From: an uncultured Bacteroidales bacterium
GTDB taxonomy: Bacteria > Bacteroidota > Bacteroidia > Bacteroidales > UBA932
DNA length: 64,000 nucleotides
Reading direction: 5' to 3'
Assembly (NCBI GenBank): GCA_905234475.1
Contig: CAJOHX010000026.1
Coordinates: forward strand, 1,338 to 65,337
Part shown: positions 21,772 through 31,440 of the stretch, in pieces
How positions within the stretch are numbered: position 1 is the first letter of the stretch
Layout of the letters: every line of letters begins with the position of its first letter
Position numbers and translations under genes: made by a program
The notes under the pieces: model-generated
The model's input: the letters and a program-made list of their open reading frames with translations, nothing else
What the model was told of the DNA's origin: nothing
The model's database searches: none

Positions 21772-22796
21772 AGGGTCACCTCCATTCCGGGCAGGATCGT
21801 ACGTCCGTCCCATTCGCCGGCGAGCCGCTGCAGCAGCTCCGTCAGGTAGGGGTAGCGCGGGAAAGGTTCGGCCGTCAGCTCGCGGAAGCAGCCGAGCACC
21901 GTGGGGATGCAGTCGAGGAAGAGCTGCTTGCGCTCCACCAGGCCCCGGAAGCCGTAGGCGCCCGTCTCCTGGAGCAGCCGCAGCAGGGTCAGCAGGCGGT
22001 AGCGGCGGTAGAAATCCCGCTCGTCCACGGGGCGGAAAGCGTCCAGCGCGCGCAGGTACACCCCCTCCAGTTCGCGCCGCAGGGCGGCGCTGAAATGCGT
22101 CCCTGCGTTCCAGAGGAAGGAGGCCAGGTCGTACTGCACCGGTCCGCGGCGCCCGCCCTGGAAGTCCACGAAACAGGGCTCGCCGTCCTTGATCAGGACG
22201 TTGCGCGCCTGGAAATCGCGGTACATGAAGGTGTCGCCCTCAAAGTCGACGGCGTCTGCGCGCAGGCGGTCGAAGTCGTCCTGCAGGCGGATCTCGTCAA
22301 ACTCGAGCCCCGTGAGCTTGAGAAAGTCGTATTTGAAATAATTGAGGTCAAAGTCCACCATCCGGGCGTTGAACTCCCGGTCGGGGAAGCACATGCTCCA
22401 GTCGAAGCCTTCGCCCACCTTGAACTGCACGGCGGGCAGCAGCGCCATCGTGTCGTGCAGCCAGTCCAGCTGCTCCCGGCTGAAATTCCCGTCCGGTAGG
22501 GCGGGCTTGAGGAGCTCGAAGAGCTGCCCGTCGCCCAGGTCCTCCTGCAGGTAGGCCATCCCGTCGGGGGAAACGCCGTACACCGCCGGGGCATGCAGGC
22601 CATGGTCACAGAACTGGGCGTCCAGGGCCAGGAAAGCCCGGTTTTCCGCCGGGTTCGTGCCGATGCAGCCGATCACGGTGCCGCCGTCGCCGGAGATCCT
22701 GTAATATTTTCGGGCACTGCCCGACAGGGGCAGGAGCGCGGACGATGCCGGCTCCGAGCCGGACCAGTCGCGATAGAGTCGTAGGAGTCTTTCCAT
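21768..22796 (-). CDS. amgK: APH-family phosphotransferase, AmgK-like anomeric sugar kinase
   Basis: [32 protein letters not shown] and YDLAS motifs; paired with the MurU-like gene. Confidence 0.78.
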   Translation of the reverse strand: MERLLRLYRDWSGSEPASSALLPLSGSARKYYRISGDGGTVIGCIGTNPAENRAFLALDAQFCDHGLHAPAVYGVSPDGMAYLQEDLGDGQLFELLKPALPDGNFSREQLDWLHDTMALLPAVQFKVGEGFDWSMCFPDREFNARMVDFDLNYFKYDFLKLTGLEFDEIRLQDDFDRLRADAVDFEGDTFMYRDFQARNVLIKDGEPCFVDFQGGRRGPVQYDLASFLWNAGTHFSAALRRELEGVYLRALDAFRPVDERDFYRRYRLLTLLRLLQETGAYGFRGLVERKQLFLDCIPTVLGCFRELTAEPFPRYPYLTELLQRLAGEWDGRTILPGMEVTL

Positions 22797-22832
22797 TAGT
22801 GCAAAGTTAAGAAATTTCGTATATTTGTATCT
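22797..22832. promoter_or_regulatory. Back-to-back Bacteroidota housekeeping promoters (-7 boxes) for amgK and mscS
   Basis: TAACTTTG on the minus strand (22809-22802) and TATATTTG on the plus strand (22820-22827), each 5 nt before an ATG. Confidence 0.65.
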
Positions 22833-23768
22833 ATGTTGCATTTGATCCTACAGTCCAATCCCATCTCCCAGGAGGAAATCGTCGAGAAGGCGGATTCCGC
22901 CAAGGCTTCCCTGAGCCAGTTCAAGGAGATGCTGCTCGCCAATCCCGGCACGGCGCTCCAGCAGTTCGGCCGGGAGGCCCTCCAGTTCGGCCTCAAGGTC
23001 CTGCTGGTCCTGGTCCTGTATTTCATCGGGGCCTGGCTGATCAAGCGCATCCGCCGCGCCATGGAGCGCCATTTCACCCGGCGGGGCACCGACCGGGCGA
23101 TGGCTTCCTTCCTGTGCAGCTTCGTGTCGATCGGCCTCACCGTGCTGCTGATCATCGTGCTCGTGAGCACGCTCGGGATCAACACCACCTCGCTGGCCGC
23201 GCTGCTCGCCGCGGGCGGCATGGCGCTGGGCATGGCGCTGAGCGGGACGGTGCAGAATTTCGCCGGCGGGCTGATGATTATGATCTTCAAGCCCTTCAAG
23301 GCCGGGGACTACATCGAGGCGCAGGGCTATGCCGGCGTCGTCACGGAAGTGACCATCGTGGGCACGCACCTGACCACCATCGACAACCGCAAGGTGGTCC
23401 TGCCCAACGGGGCCCTGTCCAACGGCAATATTGTCAACTACAGCAGCTTCCCGCTGCGCCGCATCGACCTCCCCGTGAGCGTGGAGTACGGCACCGACGC
23501 CGCCCTCTGCCGCGAGAAGCTCCTGGAGATCATCCGGGAGGATCCCCGGATCCTGGATGAGCAGACCCCGGGTGCGAAGGATCCTTTCGTGGCCCTGCAG
23601 AAGCTGTCCGAGAGCTCCGTTAATTTTATCGTACGCGCGTGGGTGAAGGGCAGCGACTACTGGCCCGCCCAGTTCGACCTCAACGAACGCATCTACACCG
23701 AGCTCCCGCAGGCGGGCATCCGCTTCCCGTTCCCGCAGCTGGACGTCCACGTCCACCCGTCCGAATAG
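22833..23768 (+). CDS. mscS: Small-conductance mechanosensitive channel
   Basis: GMALSGTVQNFAGG, KPFKAGDYI and IRFPFPQLDV motifs. Confidence 0.92.
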   Translation: MLHLILQSNPISQEEIVEKADSAKASLSQFKEMLLANPGTALQQFGREALQFGLKVLLVLVLYFIGAWLIKRIRRAMERHFTRRGTDRAMASFLCSFVSIGLTVLLIIVLVSTLGINTTSLAALLAAGGMALGMALSGTVQNFAGGLMIMIFKPFKAGDYIEAQGYAGVVTEVTIVGTHLTTIDNRKVVLPNGALSNGNIVNYSSFPLRRIDLPVSVEYGTDAALCREKLLEIIREDPRILDEQTPGAKDPFVALQKLSESSVNFIVRAWVKGSDYWPAQFDLNERIYTELPQAGIRFPFPQLDVHVHPSE

Positions 23769-23820
23769 CCGTTTTCCGGATGCTGATCATTTTTTCAGCT
23801 AAATTTTACATTTTTATTTG

Positions 23821-23848
23821 GTTTATATTGTAAACTTGTTTATATTTG
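23821..23848 (+). promoter_or_regulatory. Candidate operator plus -7 promoter box of the membrane protein/wHTH operon
   Basis: Inverted repeat GTTTA-N5-TAAAC and repeated GTTTATATT next to TATATTTG. Confidence 0.45.
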
Positions 23849-23921
23849 CATCGTGATTCTGATCTGTATGCGCAGCAGGGAGGGGTCAAGGATTTAATAA
23901 TGTATTGATTTTTAGTTTATT

Positions 23922-24494
23922 ATGGAAACCAACAACGAAATGACTCCCCAGCGTAGCCTGGAGCTCATCAACGAAACCCTCGAAGCCAACCGCAAGGCGA
24001 TCATCGCCGGCAGTGGCAAATTCCTGATCATGTGGGGCTGCCTGCTCCTCGTCTTCTCCCTGGCCGTCTGGGGCCTCTGGCACCTGACCGGCAGCCCGGT
24101 GTGGAACCTCCTCTGGTTTGCGATGTGGCCGGTGGGCATGCTTGTGTCCCGGATCGTCGGGAAGGGCGAGCGGGGGCCGCAGAACTACGTTTCTACCTTG
24201 ATCGGCAAGGTCTGGGCCGCCTTCGGCATCTTCTCTCCCGTGACGGCCGCCCTGGCCATCATCGCCTTCCCGATGAACATCTCGCTGGTCATCATCCTGC
24301 TCTTCGGCTTCGCCGAGACGGTCTCGGGCATCGCCCTGAAGAACTGGCCCATCATCATCGCGGGCGCCATCGTCGGCATCGGCGGTGCGTGCGCTGCGGT
24401 GGCGCTGGCCCCGGGCGCCGAGCAGATCCTTCTTTTCACCGGCGCCGCCCTGGTCCTTGCCCTGACCGGTGTCGCCATCCAGGTCCGCAAGTAG
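23922..24494 (+). CDS. Multi-TM hypothetical membrane protein
   Basis: SLELINETL N-terminus followed by about six TMs; this kind of gene is often paired with a small wHTH regulator. Confidence 0.75.
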   Translation: METNNEMTPQRSLELINETLEANRKAIIAGSGKFLIMWGCLLLVFSLAVWGLWHLTGSPVWNLLWFAMWPVGMLVSRIVGKGERGPQNYVSTLIGKVWAAFGIFSPVTAALAIIAFPMNISLVIILLFGFAETVSGIALKNWPIIIAGAIVGIGGACAAVALAPGAEQILLFTGAALVLALTGVAIQVRK

Positions 24495-24498
24495 CCCT

Positions 24499-24783
24499 AT
24501 GTTTGACAAACTCGATCCGCTGCTCCATTCGGAGCTCCGCCTGGCGGTCATGTCCGTGCTCGTGGGCACCGACGAAGCGGATTTCGTCTACCTCCGGCAG
24601 CAGACCGGCGCCACGGCAGGCAACTTGAGCGTCCAGCTGGACAAGCTCGCCGCCGCCGGCTACATCACGGTCGAAAAGGGCTTCCAGGGCAAGAAACCCC
24701 GCACGACCTGCCGCGCCACCGACACTGGCCGCAACGCCTTCGCGGCCTACGTCGAAGCTCTCCGCTCCTATATCGGACAATAA
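24499..24783 (+). CDS. Small winged-helix transcriptional regulator (HTH_34/ArsR-like)
   Basis: LDPLLHSELRLAVMS, TAGNLSVQL and GYITVEKGF motifs. Confidence 0.88.
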   Translation: MFDKLDPLLHSELRLAVMSVLVGTDEADFVYLRQQTGATAGNLSVQLDKLAAAGYITVEKGFQGKKPRTTCRATDTGRNAFAAYVEALRSYIGQ

Positions 24784-24797
24784 CTATACTATACAAC

Positions 24798-24829
24798 AAA
24801 AACGCCGGCCCTTCGGGGTCGGCGTTTTT
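24798..24829. terminator. Bidirectional terminator between the regulator and rpmH
   Basis: AAAAACGCCGGCCC-TTCG-GGGTCGGCGTTTTT. Confidence 0.8.
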
Positions 24830-24845
24830 GTTTCTGCGGAACCGA

Positions 24846-24998
24846 TTACCATCGGTCCTCGGAAGAAACGGTGAGCTTCTTGCGGCCGTGGGCGCGACGG
24901 GAAGCGAGGACCCGGCGGCCGTTCGGCGTGCTCATGCGCTCGCGGAAGCCATGCTTGTTGGCACGCTTGCGGTTGGAGGGTTGAAACGTCCTTTTCAT
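24846..24998 (-). CDS. rpmH: 50S ribosomal protein L34
   Basis: Not in the ORF track (50 aa): [50 protein letters not shown]. Confidence 0.97.
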   Translation of the reverse strand: MKRTFQPSNRKRANKHGFRERMSTPNGRRVLASRRAHGRKKLTVSSEDRW

Positions 24999-25017
24999 AT
25001 CTTCTATTTTTTAGTTT

Positions 25018-25624
25018 TCAGATTTTGGGAGGGCAAAGGTAATCTTTTCCGATTTCAATTACAAATTTTTCTGCAAAATATTCATCTCCGCCAGGTGCGG
25101 ATCCGGCCCGGCTCCACCCGGCATTTCCGGACCAGTTCGGAGATTTCGGCATTGATATCGCCGCCCTTCAGATAGAGGATGCTGCGGCGGAATTTCCCCT
25201 TCACCCAGGGGTAGAAGTTATCCAGCGAGGTGACGGCGCGGGAGACTACCCAGTCAAAGGTCTCCGCAAGGGTCTCGGCCCGGGCGTTCACGCAGCGGAC
25301 ATTCTGCAGGCCGAGCCCGTCGGCGACGGCCTGCGCCACCTTAACTTTCTTGCCGATGGAGTCGCAGAGCGTGAACTGCGCCGTCGGGAACTCCGTCGCG
25401 AGGGGAATCCCCGGGAAGCCGCCGCCGGTGCCCAGATCCAGGACCGAGGCTCCGTCGAAGCCGTCCGGATAGTAGCGGCGCACGTATTCCTCGATGGCGA
25501 GCGAGTGGAGGATGTGGTGCTCGTAGAGCGCGTCGATGTCTTTGCGGGACACGACGTTGATGCGCCCGTTCCATTCGCGGTAGAGCGCAATCATGGGTTC
25601 GTATTTCGCGGGAGCGGGGATCAT
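25018..25624 (-). CDS. rsmG: 16S rRNA m7G527 methyltransferase; frame 1 stops at 25082 and the likely C-terminus is in another frame
   Basis: WNGRINVVSR, HILHSL, LDLGTGGGFPGIPLA, VSRAV and YLKGG motifs. A DEYFAEKFVIEI tail continues in the shifted frame. Confidence 0.9.
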
Positions 25625-26991
25625 TCTTCTCCGAGGAACATCGGATCCCAGGCCGGGAGCATGACGGGCTTCTGGTCGAGCATGCGCATCACGTCGGCCG
25701 GGACGAACTGCTTCTCCACGACGAGGCGGAACATGTATTCGTCGAACCACTCGTCGGTCATGATGATGTTGCCCTTGTAGCCGCTGGAGGCGCCCCAGCT
25801 GTTCTCCACCATCCACTTCTGCGGCTTGCCGTCCCTAAGGTCCACGGCGATGAGGGTCATCGCGTGGGAGGAGCCGCTGGCGTGCGTCATCACGCGCTCG
25901 CGCTTGTCCATCGACAGGTCCACGCCCAGCAGCGACTCGTAGTCGAAGTTGCGCAGGTCGGCGACCCCCTTGCTGCGGTCGAGGAACTTGTTGACGTCGC
26001 AGGAGAAATACATGGCCTTGTTTGCCTTGATCGAGGCGATGGCCATCTCCTTGATGCGCTCGATGGGGAGATTGACGTAGAGCCAGTTCTGTCCGTCGTA
26101 GAGGTGGCGGTCGTACTGGATCTCATAGACCTTGCCGTACTCGCGGCAGGGATCATTCATCAGCATCACGTAGTTGTTCTCGAGGTCATAGCCCAGCAGC
26201 TCTTTGTAGAAGGCCTGCGGGGTGTAGGTCCTGCCCTTCCACTCGAACTCCGTCGGCGGGACGCCAAGGCATAGGGCGAGAACGTGGTAGACGTCTTTGA
26301 GCATCGCGGTCTTCTGCTGCTCCAGGTATGCCGGCAGGTCCTTGGCTTTCACGCCGGCGGGCGTCTCGCGAAGCTTGAGGCCGTCGCGGCGCAGGAGAGT
26401 CTTGAGCTGGGTGGCCATGGCGGAGGTGTTGTTGGCCGAGAGGCTCTCGGGCATCACGTTTGCGGGCACCACGCCGTATTTCATCACGAGGTTGGCCACG
26501 CCGGTGAAGGTGCCGCCGTCGCTGATGGGGTTGCTGAACAGCCAGTCCACCTCGCGGTCGTCGAAGCTCTTGTCGCGGGTGTCGATGACAGCCTGCAGGA
26601 AGAGGTTGGCCTTCTCGAGCTGGTCGTAGAAGAAGTTGTAGTTCTGCGAGAAGCGGAAGTCGCCCAGGTCGTGCTTGTCCGCGGCGGCGGCGCGCAGGAC
26701 ATTCAGGCCCGTGAACAGCCAGCAGCGGCCGGAGGACTGCTGGTCGGTGATGCCCCAGGTCTTGACGCGGTCGGTGAACTCCGTGTCGATCATCGCGGCG
26801 TTCTCGGCGTTGGCCGAGAGGACGGTGATGGAGGTGGTGTTGAGGGCGTTGCGGATGGCCTTGTCGGCGGAAGTGCCTTCGTAGCCCTGGCGGATCTGCG
26901 CGAGCATGTCCGGGGTGATGCTGCCCTTGGGCTGGGCGGCGGCGCCGAGGCAGAGAAGTGCCAATACGAGCAGGGTGAGAGTCTTTTTCAT
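25621..26991 (-). CDS. pepC: Aminopeptidase C (C1B/bleomycin hydrolase family), exported
   Basis: DQQSSGRCWLF, HAM, VENSWG and PAWDPM motifs. Confidence 0.92.
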   Translation of the reverse strand: MKKTLTLLVLALLCLGAAAQPKGSITPDMLAQIRQGYEGTSADKAIRNALNTTSITVLSANAENAAMIDTEFTDRVKTWGITDQQSSGRCWLFTGLNVLRAAAADKHDLGDFRFSQNYNFFYDQLEKANLFLQAVIDTRDKSFDDREVDWLFSNPISDGGTFTGVANLVMKYGVVPANVMPESLSANNTSAMATQLKTLLRRDGLKLRETPAGVKAKDLPAYLEQQKTAMLKDVYHVLALCLGVPPTEFEWKGRTYTPQAFYKELLGYDLENNYVMLMNDPCREYGKVYEIQYDRHLYDGQNWLYVNLPIERIKEMAIASIKANKAMYFSCDVNKFLDRSKGVADLRNFDYESLLGVDLSMDKRERVMTHASGSSHAMTLIAVDLRDGKPQKWMVENSWGASSGYKGNIIMTDEWFDEYMFRLVVEKQFVPADVMRMLDQKPVMLPAWDPMFLGEE

Positions 26992-27003
26992 ATTGATTAT
27001 TAA

Positions 27004-28119
27004 TTATTTGCGTAGGATGATGCGCTCGATGCGGCGGGGCACCGAGGTCAGGATCTCATAGGGAATGGTGCCGAGGATGCCGGCCAGTTCGCCGACCGTC
27101 GGGTCCTCGCCGAAGATGGTCACGGTGTCGCCGACGCTGCAGGGGATGCCCGTGACGTCGATCATGCACATGTCCATGCAGATGTTGCCGATGGTGGGGG
27201 CGCGGTGGCCGTTGATGTTGAAGGACACGGCCCCGCAGCCGAAGTGGCGGTCCAGGCCGTCGGCGTAGCCCACCGGGATGGTGGCAATCGTGGTGCCTTC
27301 CGGGGCTACATGGCCGTGGCGGCCGTAGCCGATGGTGCCGTCCTCCGGGCTGAGGGTCTTGACCTGCAGGACCTTGACTTTCAGCGAAGCCACGGCGGGG
27401 AGCTGCACGCCGGGCAGGGCGCTGATGCCGTAGATGCCGATGCCCAGGCGCACCATGTCGTGCTGGTACTGCGGGAAGCGTTCGATGCCGGCGGAGTTGA
27501 GGATGTGCCACATGGGCTTGTAGCCAAGGGCGTCCGTGAGCGCCTGTGCGTTGGTCTCGAACATCCGGATCTGCCCCAGGGTGAAGGCGTCCTCGGCGGG
27601 GTCTTCCGCGGCGGCGAGGTGGGAATACACCGAGACCACGCGCACCTCGTCGTGCGCCTTCAGGAAGTCCATCAGGGCCGGCAGTTCGCCCGTCATGAAG
27701 CCCAGGCGGTGCATGCCGGTGTCCAGCTTGATGTGGATGGGGAACTGCTTCAGGCCGCGCCGGCGCAGCTCTTCGCACAGGGCCTCCAGGGTGTAGAGGT
27801 TGGGGATGCCCGGCTCCAGGCGGCTCTCGATGATCTCGGGGAAGAAGTCCGTCCCGGCGGTGAGCACGAGGATCGGGAGAGAAATACCGCTCCGGCGCAG
27901 CTCCATGCCCTCGACGGGCAGGGCAACGGCCAGATAGTCAGCGCCTTCGCGCTGCATCATGGAGGCAAACTCCACCGCTCCGTGGCCGTAGGCGTTGGCC
28001 TTCACGAGCACGAGCAGCTTCGTGGCGGGCTTCAGCAGGCCGCGGAAATAGCGGTAGTTGCTCCTGCATGCCGGCAGGCGCAGCTCCAGGCGCGAAAAAT
28101 CGTTTTCCCCTTTGGACAT
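27004..28119 (-). CDS. alr: Alanine racemase
   Basis: VKANAYGHG, KLDTGMHRLG, GYADG and ICMDM motifs. Confidence 0.95.
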   Translation of the reverse strand: MSKGENDFSRLELRLPACRSNYRYFRGLLKPATKLLVLVKANAYGHGAVEFASMMQREGADYLAVALPVEGMELRRSGISLPILVLTAGTDFFPEIIESRLEPGIPNLYTLEALCEELRRRGLKQFPIHIKLDTGMHRLGFMTGELPALMDFLKAHDEVRVVSVYSHLAAAEDPAEDAFTLGQIRMFETNAQALTDALGYKPMWHILNSAGIERFPQYQHDMVRLGIGIYGISALPGVQLPAVASLKVKVLQVKTLSPEDGTIGYGRHGHVAPEGTTIATIPVGYADGLDRHFGCGAVSFNINGHRAPTIGNICMDMCMIDVTGIPCSVGDTVTIFGEDPTVGELAGILGTIPYEILTSVPRRIERIILRK

Positions 28120-28337
28120 ACAATCTGCAAAGATAGCAATTATCTTCTAATATTGCCTTCGCGCTGCGCAGGTTGGCGCGCGAGGGGCCTTCGTTCATTC
28201 TTTTGCGCGGCATGCAAAGGGCAATTATAGAAATGGCGCTGCTTCAGAAGGGGCATGTCAAATCTTTTGCTAATATGGCGCATCGGTTTATTTGTTCTGA
28301 GACCGTGATTAAGAAGCTTAATACGTACATTGGAATC

Positions 28338-31300
28338 ATGAAAACATCCCTGCAAAAGCTTCTTGCCCTGGCAGCGGTGCTGCTGGGCCTCGGGCTTCTC
28401 TTTTCCTGCGAGAAGCCGCAACCTGTCGGACCTGTTCCCGGACCGGATCCCGGGCCTGTGGACCCGAAGGTCGAGCTGGCCTTCTCCGTCGAACAACTGG
28501 TATTCTCTTCCTTTGGCGGCAGCCAGCAGGCCAAGGTCACGACCAACCAGGCCGACTGGACCGTCACGGTCTCAGACGGGGCTGCGGAGTGGATTACGGT
28601 TACGGTCAGCGGGACGACCGTGACGATTGCCGTCCGGGAGAATACCTCCGGGAAGGAGCGTAGCGGGACGGTTACCATCTCCGCCGGAGGCAAAAAGATA
28701 GACGTCCCGGTCAAACAGGAAGCCGCAGCGGGCCTCCCTCCCGGAGGAGAAAACATGTCCTTGACATACTCACTTGCAGAAGGCACGGTGATTGCGCCCA
28801 AGGCTCTCGCGCCTTATATTACCGCCATCGACAAAGGCCTCCGAACTTTTACCGTCAGTAAAAACGCGCCCAAAGACCTGCTCCCGCCGGTGCCGTGCAA
28901 TTTCATCGTCAATACCCCTACGGACGTGCTCCCTGGCGGATTGCTTTGCTCCATCTGGCAGATGGAGGAAGGTGCGGACGGCTATGTGTTCTATTACAAC
29001 AATGTCAACTTCGCAAGCGTTTTCAAAGAGTTAAACCTGGACACGGATGAGATCGATCTTGCTGAGTATGTGGAGGAAATCGAAGATGCTGAAGGCAATG
29101 AGGTGCCGTTTACCAAGACCAAGGCAGCGACGCAGAAGACTTTCCATATCGTGCTTCCTCAGGCGGGCTGGGATCTGCCGGCTGGTTTCTCCCTGACGCC
29201 TAAAATGACCCTGGATCTCACGCTAAAGCTGCAGATGATCGTCGGCGATTACAAGATTTCGACGCTGAATGTCAAGGTGGACACAAAAGCTGAAATCGGA
29301 GCGGACCTGGAATTGATGGTAGAAGCCAACGCCGAAAAATATTTCAAACTCCTGTCCGTCTACTTCGCCGCCATCCCGCTGGGCCCGGTCGTCATCACGC
29401 CTTCCGTGGACATTTATGGCGTGGTGGGTGTGGACGGCAAGATCGGCCTGTCCGCTTCCGCCAGCACGGTCCTTCGCACCTCCGCCTCGCTCCACTACGA
29501 CGAGATCAACGGGGTCAGCGGAGAGATCAAGGCGGAGGATCCTGAGCCCGGGGAGACCAAATATTCCGCATCGCCGAAGGTTGAAGCGGGCTTCTATTAC
29601 GGCCTTGGCATCGGCCCCGCCCTAGGCATCTATACGGACATCATCCAGACCGGCGTTACCCTCAATGTGAAGCGGCGTGAAGCGATCAGCACCAGCATTA
29701 ACTTTTCCGAATTGGCCGCAGGACCGGGAACCTGGATCACCGCGTCCTTTACCAACGCGGAGTATTCCGTATCCTGGCTGATGAATGCAGCCTTGCATCT
29801 TCGGGCCTTCGGCATGACGGAGGATGAGTCGACCCCGGACATCACGTTGCCGGGAGAAACCTATAAGATGTTCCCGCCCATTGCCAAAGAATATGAACTA
29901 ACGCAGGATGGAACCGGAAACTTTACGTTAAAGGCCCAGGTGACGGCCCCGTCCATTTTCCCCGGGAGCCAGGGAGATGACGCAGGAGATCTGGTGCTTT
30001 GCATGGTGGAGGGAAACAACGCTTTGGCGACCACGCAGGTATTCCCCTTTGATATGGACGATCAGAAGGCAAAGGCCCTGTGGGAAGATCCAGATACCCC
30101 GCAGACCATCGAGGCCACGGCCTCCGGTCTGATGCCCGGGTTACATGCTGCTTATATCGCCTGGCGGTTTGGTGACAGTTATATCCCGCTTGTCGATCTG
30201 AAAAACCTGCTGGTCCTGGACGCTGCGCATGTAAAAGCCATTCGCGGTATTTTGTCAGACATCCGTTCTTGCGGTGCAGGCGAATGGGAAGGGTGCAACT
30301 GGGATGACGACACGCCCCTTTCCCGCTTGGAGGGCGTTGGAATTACCGGCTCCAATGAAAATGCCGATAAATCCGTGCGCATGCATATTGTTTTAAAGGA
30401 AAACTGGAAACTGGGCAGCAATCTGACGGTAAAGAATCATTCGGCGGGAATTGATGATCTGTATTGGGAACTGGGGAGCCGGGATGCTGACAGAAAAATT
30501 GATTTTGATACGATTACCATCGAGGATGAGTCTTTTGAGAATATTGATTGGTCCTGGACAAACATTCCGACCAAAAAATACGTTTGCCGAAGTCCCAAGT
30601 GCCGCTTTGCTCCAATGACCACGGAATCGTTTGACGTCAGCGGATCCGGAATTACAGGGCTCTCTATTTTTCGGGGGGGAAATGGGATGTGGGGTCAGGG
30701 TGATTACCCCTCTATCATACTGGCCGATAACTGTCCGAACCTTTATGAAGTCAATCTCGTGTACCCGGAGGGCAAATCGCTGGAACAGTTTTCAGCCAGG
30801 AATTGTCCGGGTCTAATGGAGTTGACGCTTGAAGGTGCCATCCGTTTCACGCCGGAGACGATCTCGGGACAAAGTTCATCCCAGGGGGATAAGGCACTAT
30901 TTCTGGATTGCCCCGGGACGGGATCCGTGACCATCGGGAACGGATGGACAACGGCATCGATTCAGCATGGTGGCGCCGTGACGGCATCCGGTGCGAAGGA
31001 TCTGCGCAAACTGACTGTCGAGAAAGGAGTGACAAGTCTCTCTATTGCAGATTGTCCGAACTTGGAAGAACTATATGCCAGCGCCGTGGATGAAAAAGGG
31101 GACTTGCAGTCTTTCAGCATCTCAGGAACACCGAAAATGAAGAAGTTGCGGATCTTCGGACACAAGAAACTCAAGGAGCAGGTCCCTGCCGTATTTGATG
31201 AGATCCGTGCCCGTGGCGGCGATCCTGAATATGATATTCGCTATGGGTATACATGGTTCTCCGAAGATAAAGGGGCAACCTATTATGATTTGGGCGGGAC

Positions 31301-31421
31301 CTGGCACTTTTATCGGAAAGTTGATCACGGACATTGGGCCGAATACCACTACTACCATGACTGCGGCTATGGTTTCTATTACCCCGGTGAGCCGCAACAG
31401 GGCTATCACATCAAGAAATAA
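28338..31421 (+). CDS. Large surface lipoprotein with a BACON domain and C-terminal LRR-like region
   Basis: Lipobox LFSC, Pro-rich linker, BACON (W..V..N...ER.G.V.I...V.V.Q) and NCP.L..L repeats; AT-richer than flanking genes. Confidence 0.75.
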   Translation: MKTSLQKLLALAAVLLGLGLLFSCEKPQPVGPVPGPDPGPVDPKVELAFSVEQLVFSSFGGSQQAKVTTNQADWTVTVSDGAAEWITVTVSGTTVTIAVRENTSGKERSGTVTISAGGKKIDVPVKQEAAAGLPPGGENMSLTYSLAEGTVIAPKALAPYITAIDKGLRTFTVSKNAPKDLLPPVPCNFIVNTPTDVLPGGLLCSIWQMEEGADGYVFYYNNVNFASVFKELNLDTDEIDLAEYVEEIEDAEGNEVPFTKTKAATQKTFHIVLPQAGWDLPAGFSLTPKMTLDLTLKLQMIVGDYKISTLNVKVDTKAEIGADLELMVEANAEKYFKLLSVYFAAIPLGPVVITPSVDIYGVVGVDGKIGLSASASTVLRTSASLHYDEINGVSGEIKAEDPEPGETKYSASPKVEAGFYYGLGIGPALGIYTDIIQTGVTLNVKRREAISTSINFSELAAGPGTWITASFTNAEYSVSWLMNAALHLRAFGMTEDESTPDITLPGETYKMFPPIAKEYELTQDGTGNFTLKAQVTAPSIFPGSQGDDAGDLVLCMVEGNNALATTQVFPFDMDDQKAKALWEDPDTPQTIEATASGLMPGLHAAYIAWRFGDSYIPLVDLKNLLVLDAAHVKAIRGILSDIRSCGAGEWEGCNWDDDTPLSRLEGVGITGSNENADKSVRMHIVLKENWKLGSNLTVKNHSAGIDDLYWELGSRDADRKIDFDTITIEDESFENIDWSWTNIPTKKYVCRSPKCRFAPMTTESFDVSGSGITGLSIFRGGNGMWGQGDYPSIILADNCPNLYEVNLVYPEGKSLEQFSARNCPGLMELTLEGAIRFTPETISGQSSSQGDKALFLDCPGTGSVTIGNGWTTASIQHGGAVTASGAKDLRKLTVEKGVTSLSIADCPNLEELYASAVDEKGDLQSFSISGTPKMKKLRIFGHKKLKEQVPAVFDEIRARGGDPEYDIRYGYTWFSEDKGATYYDLGGTWHFYRKVDHGHWAEYHYYHDCGYGFYYPGEPQQGYHIKK

Positions 31422-31440
31422 ATTGACTATCTTCGTGGAC

